A DNA stretch of 64,000 bases from assembly GCF_044341185.1 (NCBI RefSeq), contig NZ_JBIISE010000002.1:25205-89204 (forward strand). The letters run 5' to 3'. The position numbers and the translations under genes were made by a program. Below are positions 8,486 through 18,600 of the stretch, in pieces. A model generated the notes under the pieces. That model saw only the letters and a list, made by a program, of their open reading frames with translations. It did not search any database and had not been told where the DNA came from. The DNA is from Flavobacterium sp. GTDB taxonomy: Bacteria > Bacteroidota > Bacteroidia > Flavobacteriales > Flavobacteriaceae. Position 1 is the first letter of the stretch. Each line of letters starts with the position of its first letter.

Positions 8486-10399
8486 TTACAACGTCTCTTT
8501 CAACCATTTAAAAAATTCACTTTGCCAAACTAAAGCATTTTGAGGTTGTAACACCCAATGATTTTCATCTGGAAATAGTAAAAATTTACTTTTTATTCCT
8601 TTTAATTGTGCCGCTTGAAAAGCTTCTTGTCCTTGACCTATTGGCACACGGTAATCTTTTCCACCTTGAATAATTAAAATCGGGGTATTCCAATTGTTTA
8701 CCAACTTAATTGGATTGAATTCGTTATATGTTTTCTGTGCGATTTTATTGTCTTTTTCCCAATAGGCGCCGCCCGAATCCCAATTCGTAAAGAACACTTC
8801 TTCTGTAGTTCCGTACATACTTTCTGTATTGAAAATGCCGCAATGCGAAATAAATGTTTTGAAACGATTTTTATGAATTCCAGCTAATTGAAATACCGAA
8901 TAGCCGCCATAACTCGCGCCAACAGCACCAATTCTGGTTTTATCTACATACGATTCTTTTGAAATATCATCAATGGCTGATAAATAATCGTCCATTACTT
9001 GTCCGCCCCAATCTCCTGAAATTTGTTCGTTCCATTGAACACCATGACCTGGCATACCTCTTCTATTTGGCGCCACTACAATATATCCTTGTGAGGCCAT
9101 AAGTTGAAAATTCCAACGGAAAGAATAATATTGCGTTAAAGCACTTTGTGGACCGCCTTGACAGTATAAAAGTGTTGGATATTTTTTTGTTTTATCAAAA
9201 TTTGGAGGTAAAATTACCCAAACCAACATTTTTTTGCCATCAGTTGTGTTAACCCATCGTTTTTCGGAAGTGCAGGTTGCAATTTTCGAATAAAATTCGT
9301 CATTTACATGTGTAATTTGTTTCCAAGATTTCTTTTTTAAATCGTACGAAAACACTTCTGTTGCACTATTATGCGTGGTTTTTGTAACTAAAACAGAATT
9401 TCCTGAAAATCCAATGATGCTATTTACATCAAAATCGCCATCAGTAAGTTGTGTTACAACAGGAAACATTTTAGTTAACCCAACATGATTTACTTCAAAA
9501 AGTTGTTTTGTTCCTAACACAGGTGCAATAAAATAGACTTTATTTCCTTCTTTTGCCCATACAAAACTATCAACAGTTCCGTCCCAATTAGCAGTTAAAT
9601 TGACATCAAATCCTTGAACTCTTACGATAATGTCATTTTTATCTGCTTCAAAACCATCGCGTTTCATTTGCAACCAACTTAGTTCGCCTCGAGGTGAAAA
9701 GGTTGGATGTGTATCATAACCTAAATTTTTCTCCGTAAGATTTTTTGTGGTTTTTGTTGCTACATCGTACTCGTATAAATCGGTATTTGTACTTGTTGCG
9801 TAGGCTGTTCCTGCTTTTTTCTTACATACATAAATGATTTTATTTCCATCTGGTGACCAAACATAATCTTCATCACCACCAAAAGGTTTTTGAGGTGCAT
9901 CATAAGGTTCATTTGGCATAATATCAATAGGCCCAAGTATTTTTTCGTTTGGTTTACCAAGTAATCCTACAAACAAATGATTGTGCGTGCCATTATTCCA
10001 AGTATCCCAATGACGATAATCTAAACCTTCATACACTTGTGCTGATGTTTTTGTCAAACTTGGATATATATCAGATCCTAAAATTTTTTCAACTTTTACT
10101 TGTTGCACACTTATGTATTCTTGTCCGTTTGGCGAAATACTTTTATCTGCAACTAAGCCATCAATTTTATCTAAAGTAACCGGATTTCCTCCTCCAACAG
10201 GAACAGAATAATATTTAGAAACTAGTTTATTTTCTTGAATATTTGGTGTGCCCACTTTGTAAATTAGCGACTTTCCGTCTTTAGAAATCCCTATTGGTGT
10301 GACTCTGCCTAATTGCCATAACTTTTCTGGCGTCATTATTTGTTGCGCATTTGAACTCATACTTAGTACACTGAAAATGAGAAAAATATATTTTTTCAT
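8486..10399 (-). CDS. S9 family serine peptidase (prolyl oligopeptidase/acylaminoacyl-peptidase type), secreted
   Basis: Beta-propeller-like N-terminal half and a C-terminal alpha/beta hydrolase with GAVGASYGG (GxSxGG nucleophile elbow). The signal peptide MKKYIFLIFSVLSMSSNAQ starts at M22 of the tracked ORF, so I moved the start to 10399. Confidence 0.85.
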   Translation of the reverse strand: MKKYIFLIFSVLSMSSNAQQIMTPEKLWQLGRVTPIGISKDGKSLIYKVGTPNIQENKLVSKYYSVPVGGGNPVTLDKIDGLVADKSISPNGQEYISVQQVKVEKILGSDIYPSLTKTSAQVYEGLDYRHWDTWNNGTHNHLFVGLLGKPNEKILGPIDIMPNEPYDAPQKPFGGDEDYVWSPDGNKIIYVCKKKAGTAYATSTNTDLYEYDVATKTTKNLTEKNLGYDTHPTFSPRGELSWLQMKRDGFEADKNDIIVRVQGFDVNLTANWDGTVDSFVWAKEGNKVYFIAPVLGTKQLFEVNHVGLTKMFPVVTQLTDGDFDVNSIIGFSGNSVLVTKTTHNSATEVFSYDLKKKSWKQITHVNDEFYSKIATCTSEKRWVNTTDGKKMLVWVILPPNFDKTKKYPTLLYCQGGPQSALTQYYSFRWNFQLMASQGYIVVAPNRRGMPGHGVQWNEQISGDWGGQVMDDYLSAIDDISKESYVDKTRIGAVGASYGGYSVFQLAGIHKNRFKTFISHCGIFNTESMYGTTEEVFFTNWDSGGAYWEKDNKIAQKTYNEFNPIKLVNNWNTPILIIQGGKDYRVPIGQGQEAFQAAQLKGIKSKFLLFPDENHWVLQPQNALVWQSEFFKWLKETL

Positions 10400-10483
10400 A
10401 CTGTTAAAATTTAAAACGAGGTTAAAAGTAGCACTTTTTTGAAAAAATATAACTATTTTCACGGTCTAAAATAAAAATGAAAA

Positions 10484-11731
10484 ATGAAAAACAATAAACT
10501 CTTTATATTAATTATCATTTCGCTTATTATTGGAGTTGGCTTAGGTGGAATTGTGCATTATCAGTTTCCTGAAGCCATTGACACCTTCTCAAAAAATATA
10601 AAATTACTTGGAACCATTTTCATACGATTGGTTCAAATGATAATTGCACCCTTAGTTTTTTCTACTTTAGTAGTTGGAATTGCCAAAATGGGCGACATGA
10701 AAATGGTTGGCCGCGTGGGTGGAAAAGCGATGGCTTGGTTTATTTCTGCTTCCTTAATTTCCTTGTTATTAGGAATGGTTTTAGTGAATTTTTTCGAACC
10801 AGGAAAAGGAACAACAATTAAATTAGATGACGCTTCCAGTGCTTCTGAATTGTTAGAAAACTCAAAAGGATTTTCATTAGAAGAATTTGTAAAACATGTT
10901 ATTCCAAAAAGTTTATTTGAAGCTTTAGCTACTAACGAAATCTTACAAATTGTAATTTTTTCTATTTTATTTGGTGTGGCTTTAGCGGCATTTAGTAAAA
11001 AAGAAGCGAAACCCATTCTTAAATTATTAGATTCGGTTTCGCATGTGATTTTAAAAATGGTTTCTTTTATTATGTGGACGGCGCCATTAGGCGTTTTAGG
11101 TGCTGTGGCAAGTGCGATTGCGAAACATGGTTTTGAAGTATTTACACTTTACGCCAAGTATTTAGGCGCTTTTTTAGTGGGTATCGTTTCACTTTGGGTG
11201 ATATTATTACTAGTTGGCTATCTTATTCTAGGAAAACGTTTATTTGTATTGTTACAACGTATTAAAAGTCCTTTATTAATTGCCTTTTCTACCACAAGTT
11301 CTGAAGCTGTTTTTCCAAAAATGGTAGAAGAGTTAGAACGTTTTGGATGCCAACCAAAAATTGTATCCTTCACTTTGCCGCTAGGGTATTCTTTTAACCT
11401 TGATGGAAGTATGATGTACATGACATTTGCCAGTATTTTTATTGCGCAAGTATATGGTATAGAAATGAGTTTACCTGAACAACTTACCATGCTTTTAGTT
11501 TTAATGCTAACAAGTAAAGGCGTAGCGGGTGTGCCAAGAGCCTCGTTAATTGTAGTAGTGGCTACTTGTGCTATGTTTGGCATACCACCAGAAGGAATTG
11601 CTTTGATTTTGCCAATTGACCATTTTTGCGATATGGCAAGAAGTATGACGAACGTGTTAGGAAACGCGCTTTCTACAGCGGCAATTGACAAATGGGAATC
11701 TAAACACGAAGCCTCAGAAATCGAGAGTTAA
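10484..11731 (+). CDS. Dicarboxylate/amino acid:cation symporter (DctA/GltP, DAACS family)
   Basis: 415 aa and polytopic. Contains TSSEAVFP, SFNLDGS, LTSKGVAGVPRASL and PIDHFCDMARSMTNVLGN. Confidence 0.85.
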   Translation: MKNNKLFILIIISLIIGVGLGGIVHYQFPEAIDTFSKNIKLLGTIFIRLVQMIIAPLVFSTLVVGIAKMGDMKMVGRVGGKAMAWFISASLISLLLGMVLVNFFEPGKGTTIKLDDASSASELLENSKGFSLEEFVKHVIPKSLFEALATNEILQIVIFSILFGVALAAFSKKEAKPILKLLDSVSHVILKMVSFIMWTAPLGVLGAVASAIAKHGFEVFTLYAKYLGAFLVGIVSLWVILLLVGYLILGKRLFVLLQRIKSPLLIAFSTTSSEAVFPKMVEELERFGCQPKIVSFTLPLGYSFNLDGSMMYMTFASIFIAQVYGIEMSLPEQLTMLLVLMLTSKGVAGVPRASLIVVVATCAMFGIPPEGIALILPIDHFCDMARSMTNVLGNALSTAAIDKWESKHEASEIES

Positions 11732-11756
11732 TACTAATTCTTGCTAAAAAATAAAA

Positions 11757-12533
11757 TTGAAACCCATGAAAATCATCATAGACCTACTTGAAAAATTAAA
11801 ATTAAACGTAGTATTACAAGCCCAAGAAATTGATAAAGAATTTACATGGACCCAGCTTTTTAATCCCGAATTTTACATTAACTTAGAATTAGGTGGCGTT
11901 CCTATTGGAATTTATATGGTTTTGTTTATTGTATTTGCCGAAACCGGTTTGTTTATAGGATTTTTTCTTCCTGGAGATAGTTTATTGTTTTTATCTGGAA
12001 TTTATTGTGAAGCATTGGCGCAACCTTTAACTTTTTTACCTCAAGGCTACTCGCCTGTTTTTGTGATTGCCACATTAATTGCACTTTCTGGAATAATTGG
12101 TAATGTTTTTGGCTATTGGTTTGGTTCGGTGTACGGAAAAAATTTATATCAAAAAAAGGATGGTTTTTTCTTTAAGAAAAAGTATTTAGAACACTCCGAA
12201 AGCTTCTTTCAAAAGCATGGTGGAATTGCTATAGTTTTTGCAAGATTTTTACCCATTGTAAGAACTTTTGTACCTATTATTGCTGGAATTGTACACATGA
12301 AAAAAAGCAAATTTATGTTGTATAATATTTTAAGTTCTATTTTATGGTCGTTTATTTTGGTGTATGCAGGCCATTATTTATACGGCTTGTTTTTAGAAAA
12401 ATTTGATATTGATTTAAAACATCATATCGAAAAAATTATTCTAATTTTAGTAGCCGTTACCACATTTCCTTTAGTAATGAAAGCCATTAAAGCAAGAAAA
12501 TTAGGGAAAGTAGATGGGTCTGGTGATGAGTAA
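11757..12533 (+). CDS. DedA/VTT-domain membrane protein
   Basis: FLPGDSLLFLSG and ARFLPIVRTFVPIIAG are DedA signatures. The start is uncertain because several Met codons lie upstream. Confidence 0.75.
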   Translation: MKPMKIIIDLLEKLKLNVVLQAQEIDKEFTWTQLFNPEFYINLELGGVPIGIYMVLFIVFAETGLFIGFFLPGDSLLFLSGIYCEALAQPLTFLPQGYSPVFVIATLIALSGIIGNVFGYWFGSVYGKNLYQKKDGFFFKKKYLEHSESFFQKHGGIAIVFARFLPIVRTFVPIIAGIVHMKKSKFMLYNILSSILWSFILVYAGHYLYGLFLEKFDIDLKHHIEKIILILVAVTTFPLVMKAIKARKLGKVDGSGDE

Positions 12534-12664
12534 ATGATAAATCATACTAAAATAAGTTTCCGTGTTATTAGAATTTTAAGCAAAACTGTTAGCGCTATTC
12601 GAGTTTTATAAAAGGTTTTCAAAATCAGCGATATACTTCTTCGACAGTCTTTTACACCAATGTA

Positions 12665-12892
12665 CTAATTTGATGCATTACCATAAATATCATTATAGAA
12701 AACTAAAACCTTCCTTAAAACAAATACTGAAACAAGAATAGAACAAGCGACAACCATCATTAAAAGTCTAAAGTTTCTTGAATTTTGGTAAAAATTATAA
12801 ATCGAATCATTTGATAATGCTTTATTTTTCTTAATTTCTTTAACAGAAAAGAACAAAAGAATAATTAAAATTACAATATAAAAATAATCCAT
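12665..12892 (-). CDS. Hypothetical small membrane protein (doubtful gene)
   Basis: 75-aa ORF with two hydrophobic segments, inside a 604-bp AT-rich gap. No recognisable motif. Confidence 0.3.
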   Translation of the reverse strand: MDYFYIVILIILLFFSVKEIKKNKALSNDSIYNFYQNSRNFRLLMMVVACSILVSVFVLRKVLVFYNDIYGNASN

Positions 12893-13137
12893 AATTTAAA
12901 GTTTATCTATTATATATCCGATAGTATAGATTTGCTATTCGTACATATATTATAACTCACAAATTTAATCAAAAAACTAAGACTTTTTATATTTTTTGTT
13001 TTTTTACTCAATATTTTAATTATAAGCACAAATGTTAAATCCTTACTACCCATTACTTCGACAGGAATCGATTAGAACATCTTTTTTATTCTCAATATTT
13101 TCAATACTTTTACAACAAATACCTGTATTACTAACAA

Positions 13138-14262
13138 TTGAAATATAATATGCAACTGAGCTATTGGGAAATAAAAAATTGGTTCTCCAACGTGGATTTC
13201 ACCATAGTAGGTAGCGGAATTGTAGGGTTACATACCGCGATTCGGTTAAGAGAACGGTTTCCAAAAGCCAAAATTATACTTTTAGAAAAAGGGGCTTTAC
13301 CTCAAGGTGCCAGTACTAAAAATGCTGGTTTTGCTTGTTTTGGAAGTGTTTCCGAAATTATTGACGATTTAAAAACACATACCGAAGAAGAAGTTATACA
13401 ATTGATTCAAAAAAGATATGCTGGTTTACAACTGCTTCGTAACAACTTAGGTGATGCAGCCATTGATTATCAACCTTTAGGCGGTTACGAATTGTTTCTG
13501 AAAGAAGACGAAGCGTTTTATAGTGATTGCGTTTCCAAAATTCCTTTTATAAACGACATTGTTAGTCCATTATTCAAATCCGATGTGTATACTAAAGTAA
13601 ATGATAGTTTTAAATTTAAAAATACGTTTGAACATTTGATTTTTAATGCTTTTGAAGGTCAAATTGACACTGGAAATATGATGCAAACCTTATTAAAAAA
13701 AGCCGCATTACACGATATTTTAATTCTAAACCATCAAACGGTTTCTGATTATCAAGAAACAAATAATAATGTGGAGGTGGTTACCAATGAAGTTACTTTT
13801 AAAACCAAAAAACTGATTTTCACTACAAATGGTTTTGCTTCCGAATTAACCAAAAACGAAGTCAAACCTGCAAGAGCGCAAGTTTTAATTACAAAACCAA
13901 TTGAGAATTTACACATCAAAGGTACTTTTCATTTAGACCAAGGCTATTATTACTTCCGAAATATAAATAATAGAGTACTTTTTGGCGGTGGGAGAAACTT
14001 AGATTTTGAAGGAGAAACCACTACTTCATTAGAAACTACTGAAAAAATTCAAAATCGCTTGGAAGATTTGTTAAAAAATGTAATTTTGCCTGATACCCCT
14101 TTTGAAATTGAGCATAGTTGGAGTGGTATTATGGGTATCGGAAATTCTAAAAACCCAATTATAAAACAACTAAGCAACCATATCTATTGCGGCGTTAGAA
14201 TGGGCGGAATGGGCGTTGCTATAGGAAGTTTAATTGGAAAAGAAGTAGCAGATTTAGTATAA
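13138..14262 (+). CDS. FAD-dependent oxidoreductase (DAO family)
   Basis: DFTIVGSGIVGLHTA GxGxxG fold near the N-terminus, 374 aa, C-terminal GMGVAIGS. The start may be M5 (13150). Confidence 0.75.
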   Translation: MKYNMQLSYWEIKNWFSNVDFTIVGSGIVGLHTAIRLRERFPKAKIILLEKGALPQGASTKNAGFACFGSVSEIIDDLKTHTEEEVIQLIQKRYAGLQLLRNNLGDAAIDYQPLGGYELFLKEDEAFYSDCVSKIPFINDIVSPLFKSDVYTKVNDSFKFKNTFEHLIFNAFEGQIDTGNMMQTLLKKAALHDILILNHQTVSDYQETNNNVEVVTNEVTFKTKKLIFTTNGFASELTKNEVKPARAQVLITKPIENLHIKGTFHLDQGYYYFRNINNRVLFGGGRNLDFEGETTTSLETTEKIQNRLEDLLKNVILPDTPFEIEHSWSGIMGIGNSKNPIIKQLSNHIYCGVRMGGMGVAIGSLIGKEVADLV

Positions 14263-14263
14263 A

Positions 14264-14989
14264 ATGGCGGCAATAAAAGCAACAATAAAACCAAAAAGCA
14301 CTGGAAAAAAAGGATTTTTCAGCCATATAATGCGTTTCTTTTGGAAACTAGTTATTTGGTTCAATATTATTAGTTTGTTTTTTGTGGTACTTTATAAATT
14401 TGTACCCGTGCCTTACACGCCACTTATGGTAATTCGATATTTTGAAAATAAATCTGCAGGGAAAAACATTGAAACCAAACATCATTGGGTACCCATAGAA
14501 GACATTTCTAAAAACCTACAAAAAGCGGTTATTGCCAGTGAAGACGGTAGGTTTTTTGAACACAATGGCCTGGATTTTTCTGCGATGCGAAAAGCTGCAG
14601 TAGGAAATTTTAAAGGCAAAAAACTAAAAGGTGGAAGTACTATAACACAACAAACTGCAAAAAATGTTTTCCTTTGGCAAGGAAGAAGTTATTTCCGAAA
14701 AGCATTAGAAGCTTATTACACCGTATTAATTGAATTAGTTTGGGGCAAGCAACGCATACTTGAAGTCTACCTAAACAGTATTGAAATGGGCGATGGTATT
14801 TATGGTGCTGAAGCCGCTACACAACATTGGTACAAAAGAGATTGCAAAAGTTTAACACGAATGCAAGCCGCCGGAATTGCAGCAATTTTACCAAACCCAA
14901 GAAGATTTAGTCCAAATGGTTCTGCCTACATTAGTCGAAAACAAAGCAAAATTGCCCGCTATATTTTAATGACAAAATTAAAATATTAA
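14264..14989 (+). CDS. mtgA: Monofunctional biosynthetic peptidoglycan transglycosylase (GT51)
   Basis: An N-terminal TM segment, then ASEDGRFFEHNGLD, GGSTITQQTAKN and RILEVYLN, which are GT51 motifs. 241 aa. Confidence 0.9.
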   Translation: MAAIKATIKPKSTGKKGFFSHIMRFFWKLVIWFNIISLFFVVLYKFVPVPYTPLMVIRYFENKSAGKNIETKHHWVPIEDISKNLQKAVIASEDGRFFEHNGLDFSAMRKAAVGNFKGKKLKGGSTITQQTAKNVFLWQGRSYFRKALEAYYTVLIELVWGKQRILEVYLNSIEMGDGIYGAEAATQHWYKRDCKSLTRMQAAGIAAILPNPRRFSPNGSAYISRKQSKIARYILMTKLKY

Positions 14990-15001
14990 TAAAAAACTAA
15001 T

Positions 15002-15820
15002 ATGAAAACAGTCTTAATAACTGGTGCTGGTGGAGGAATTGGCAAACAAACTGCATTATATTTCGCTAAAAATAACTGGACCGTTATTGCTACGTTACTT
15101 CATCCTTCTGAAGGCGAAGATTTTAAAGATATTTCTACTATTTTTTGTTATGAAATGGATGTAACATCCACTGAAAGCATTGCATCGGCTACTAAAATTA
15201 TTTTAGATAATCATCCGAAAATTGATACGATTATTAATAATGCAGGAATGGGCTACAGAAGTTTTGTAGAACTATCAGAAGACAAAAAAATTGATACGAT
15301 TGTAAATGTAAATTGGCTAGGGGTTGTAAAAGTATGTAGGGCATTTATTCCAACATTTAGACAACAAAAATATGGACAATTTATAAATATTACTTCTGTT
15401 GCTGGATTAGTAAATTTGCCACTTGGAAACTTTTATCATTCGACCAAACAAGCAGTAGAAAGTTTTTCCGAATGTATGGCATATGAACTGGTAGATTTTA
15501 ATATAAGTGTAGCAACGGTACAATTTGGTAATGCACCAACTTCGTTTCAAAAGAACGTGACCAAATGTGAAGCAACAGAAATTTTTTCTTACAATAAATT
15601 AATGGATAAAATTTCGAAATTGCTTTTGGATAAATCAGGTAAAAACGAAGATTTACCCCAACAAATTGTTGAAAAATTATTTAAAATTGCCGAAAAACCA
15701 AATAAAAATTTCAGAAGATACACCATAGGTTTTGATGCCAATATAATGCGGATTTTAAGACGTGTATTTGGCTATAAAATATTTAACTATATCATTAGAA
15801 AATTTACTTTAAATAAATAA
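15002..15820 (+). CDS. SDR-family oxidoreductase
   Basis: TGAGGGIGK cofactor motif, NNAG, and a YHSTK (YxxxK) catalytic motif. 272 aa. Confidence 0.85.
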   Translation: MKTVLITGAGGGIGKQTALYFAKNNWTVIATLLHPSEGEDFKDISTIFCYEMDVTSTESIASATKIILDNHPKIDTIINNAGMGYRSFVELSEDKKIDTIVNVNWLGVVKVCRAFIPTFRQQKYGQFINITSVAGLVNLPLGNFYHSTKQAVESFSECMAYELVDFNISVATVQFGNAPTSFQKNVTKCEATEIFSYNKLMDKISKLLLDKSGKNEDLPQQIVEKLFKIAEKPNKNFRRYTIGFDANIMRILRRVFGYKIFNYIIRKFTLNK

Positions 15821-15867
15821 AAAAGCGACTTTCAAAACCATAAAAATCGCCTTTTTGATATTTTAAA

Positions 15868-18078
15868 TTACAAATTAAAATTTACACCTAAAACTATATT
15901 TCTTCCCATATTATAAATTCCATCTGTTTTTAAACGAGACAAATGGGCTACATATTGTTTATTTAATAAATTGGTAGCTGTTAGATACAAATTAAATGTA
16001 GCTTTTTTCAACTGGATATCAGTTCCAATTCCTGATGAAAGCAATAGATAATCGTTGGTTTTAGTTTCAAAATTTCCAATTCTATTTTGATTGAAAGTAT
16101 AATTCGCTTGCAAGAAAACAAAACTATTTTTAATATTTTTAGTTATATCAAAATTCGCTCTAAAATTATTTTTCCATTGATTTGCAGGGATTAAAGGCAA
16201 ATTCAAATTGTTTTCTAATTCGCCAATTACCATTTCGTAGCTACTGGTCATATGCAACCAATCTATTTCGTGTAAATGGAAATGAATTCCTGTTTCTCCA
16301 CCATATAATACGGCGTTATTTTGCAAATAATCATATACGAAATTAGTATCAATAGTACTTCCGTTTGGTGAAATATAAATATAGTTATTAATGTTGTTAT
16401 AAAATCCATTCACAAAAAAATCAAAGTGTTCCGAGTTATAATCGACATTTAAATCGACTTGAAAATTTTGTTCGTTTTTTAAGTTTGAATTACCAATTTC
16501 GTATCGATTACTTCCTTCGTGTACTCCATTTGATGAAAGTTCGGATAAGTTAGGTGCTCTAAAACCTGTTGAGAAATTTACTCTTGAAGTAATATTATCC
16601 GTAACATTTGTTTTAAAACCTAAAGACGCATTGATGCTTTCATAATTTTTATCTAATTTTTGAAAAGCGCCTTCTGTTCCATTTTCTCCAAATTCTTCAA
16701 TATTTACTTTTCTGAAATCATAACGAACACCAAATTGTAAGAGATTCTTATTGAATTTATATTGCGAAGTTCCAAAGAAACCAATATCAGCAATTTTTGC
16801 ATTTGGAATCAATCGTTTTTCTCCAAAATTTCTGTTTTCTTGATTCATTCCTTGAAAACCAATTATCGATTCAAATTTTCCGAAATCAGGTAAATAATAA
16901 CGAACATTGTAATTAAAAGTCTTCAATTTCATAAAAAGTGCCGTTTCGTCTTCACTTTCCAATTCTTTTCTATCATTAAACACGTAACCAGCCGTTGCTT
17001 CTAATTTTGAATTTTTAAAATATAATTTCTGGTTAAAACTCAACAAATGATTTTCAATTTTCTGACTTGGAAATAAAGGCGTTCTAAAACCAATACTTTC
17101 TAAATTTTCTTCGGGTAAACCCAAATTCAAATCGTTATAATTATATCTTAAATCGGCAACATAACGAGAGGTTACATAGGACGTTCCTAATTTAAAGTCC
17201 TTTTCAATAAATCGCGTATTCAAAACCCTTTCACCATTTGGAAGTTTGTAATCGGCGTGTGCAGAATAATTATTTTGAACTAAAAACTTAAATTTATCTA
17301 CAGAATTTTTAAAGGTTACCGAACTATTTATGCCTTGTGTGTTACTATTTACAACTTGATTTACAGCAAATTCTGTTTTGTTATTGGCAGCATATTTTTC
17401 TGGATTAAAATACAAAACACCGCCCATAGCATCTGAACCATATAATAAAGAAGCGGGTCCTTTTATAATTTCTACACTTTCTTGTCCGTTTGCATTTAAA
17501 CCTAAACCGTGTTCTTCACCAAATTGTTGATTTTCTAATCGGATACCTTGTGCATATGTCAAAACTCGGTTTCCACTTAACCCTCTAATTACAGGTTTTC
17601 CTATTGAAATTCCAGTTGAAACAACATTTACTCCTGGGTTAGTAGCCAATGCATCCGATAAATTTATGACACCCATATTTTGTATTTGTTTTAAATTAAT
17701 ATGGTCAATTTTTACCGCATTTTCGTTTTGTGTGGTATTAAAAACAGAAGAAATTAAAATTTCATCGATATGATGGACTTCTTTTTCTAAAACAATATCT
17801 AAATTTATTTGCGCTAATTTTTCGATTAAAATTGTTTGCGATTTAATTTCGAATTTTTCTTTTTTGAAAATTAAAGTCCTTTTTCCGATAGGCAAATTTT
17901 TTATTTCAAATTGTCCGTATTCATTAGATTTTGTTTGAATTGTAGCATCTAAAATTGAAATTTCAACATTAGATATAGGTTCGTTATTTTGGTTTTTAAT
18001 TGTTCCTGAAATAGCATTTTGGGCAAAGCCCAAAGAGGTAAAGCCCATCAATATGATGAGAAAAATATATTTTTTCAT
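15868..18078 (-). CDS. TonB-dependent outer-membrane receptor with an N-terminal carboxypeptidase-regulatory-like domain
   Basis: Signal peptide MKKYIFLIILMGFTSLGFAQ. CarbopepD_reg-like ISGTIKNQNNEPISNVEISILD. Plug region (IEIIKGPASLLYGSDAMGGV). A long beta-barrel ending in GVNFNL. Confidence 0.85.
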   Translation of the reverse strand: MKKYIFLIILMGFTSLGFAQNAISGTIKNQNNEPISNVEISILDATIQTKSNEYGQFEIKNLPIGKRTLIFKKEKFEIKSQTILIEKLAQINLDIVLEKEVHHIDEILISSVFNTTQNENAVKIDHINLKQIQNMGVINLSDALATNPGVNVVSTGISIGKPVIRGLSGNRVLTYAQGIRLENQQFGEEHGLGLNANGQESVEIIKGPASLLYGSDAMGGVLYFNPEKYAANNKTEFAVNQVVNSNTQGINSSVTFKNSVDKFKFLVQNNYSAHADYKLPNGERVLNTRFIEKDFKLGTSYVTSRYVADLRYNYNDLNLGLPEENLESIGFRTPLFPSQKIENHLLSFNQKLYFKNSKLEATAGYVFNDRKELESEDETALFMKLKTFNYNVRYYLPDFGKFESIIGFQGMNQENRNFGEKRLIPNAKIADIGFFGTSQYKFNKNLLQFGVRYDFRKVNIEEFGENGTEGAFQKLDKNYESINASLGFKTNVTDNITSRVNFSTGFRAPNLSELSSNGVHEGSNRYEIGNSNLKNEQNFQVDLNVDYNSEHFDFFVNGFYNNINNYIYISPNGSTIDTNFVYDYLQNNAVLYGGETGIHFHLHEIDWLHMTSSYEMVIGELENNLNLPLIPANQWKNNFRANFDITKNIKNSFVFLQANYTFNQNRIGNFETKTNDYLLLSSGIGTDIQLKKATFNLYLTATNLLNKQYVAHLSRLKTDGIYNMGRNIVLGVNFNL

Positions 18079-18135
18079 TTGTATACGTTTAAATTTTATT
18101 AAAATAAAAGCTGTGAGAGATATATAACATTCTTA

Positions 18136-18196
18136 CCACAGATTTAAATGATTAAAAAGATTTTGAAAAATCCGTGTTAATCAGTGGAATCAGTGG
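18136..18196. repeat. Array of four copies of a 9-bp motif AATCNGTGK upstream of the TonB-dependent receptor (REP-like or operator-like)
   Basis: ccacagatt (18136-18144, inverted), aatccgtgt (18169-18177), aatcagtgg (18179-18187) and aatcagtgg (18188-18196). A 7-bp inverted repeat attctga/tcagaat follows at 18213-18219 and 18252-18258. Confidence 0.7.
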
Positions 18197-18267
18197 CAGC
18201 TATATTTATTCGATTCTGACCCGAGCTTGCGAATTGACGAAGTAAACAAGTTCAGAATGACAAAAAC

Positions 18268-18600
18268 TTAAACTAAAGGCGGACCTCGATAGGAAAAATA
18301 TAAAAATCCATTTTCTTTTACGAAGGATTCGTAAACAAAAGAATAGTGAAAGGTATGATTGGGATTAATAAAATCAAAAGTAAAAACAGCTTCTGCTAAA
18401 AAGGCTGCAAATTCAAAATCACAAACCGGACAATCGTTATGGTTTCCTTTTGAAAAATGAATTTTAGAAGAGCTTTCTTGAGTAATCTCATTTTGAAAAT
18501 GATGCGCTTCATCTGTAAAAATATGTAACGACTGATAGCATATGGCAAAAAGTATTGCCAATGCCATCAGTACGTTATATTTTACATATTTTTTTTGCAT
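18268..18600 (-). CDS. Hypothetical small membrane protein with His-rich and CPVC motifs
   Basis: 110 aa. One N-terminal TM (VLMALAILFAICY), then EAHHF, HFSKGNHNDCPVCDFEF and NPNHTFH. Its ATG overlaps the asd stop (TAATG at 18598-18602). Confidence 0.55.
   Translation of the reverse strand: MQKKYVKYNVLMALAILFAICYQSLHIFTDEAHHFQNEITQESSSKIHFSKGNHNDCPVCDFEFAAFLAEAVFTFDFINPNHTFHYSFVYESFVKENGFLYFSYRGPPLV

Noticed and set aside
18079-18267. Possible cobalamin riboswitch in the TonB-receptor leader. The minus strand contains gctGCCACTGattccactg, which resembles the B12-box core.
   Set aside because: Only the GCCACTG heptamer is present, and it is part of the repeated AATCAGTGG motif. I cannot find the other conserved cobalamin-riboswitch blocks or a convincing multi-helix fold. 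An Infernal/Rfam scan would settle it.
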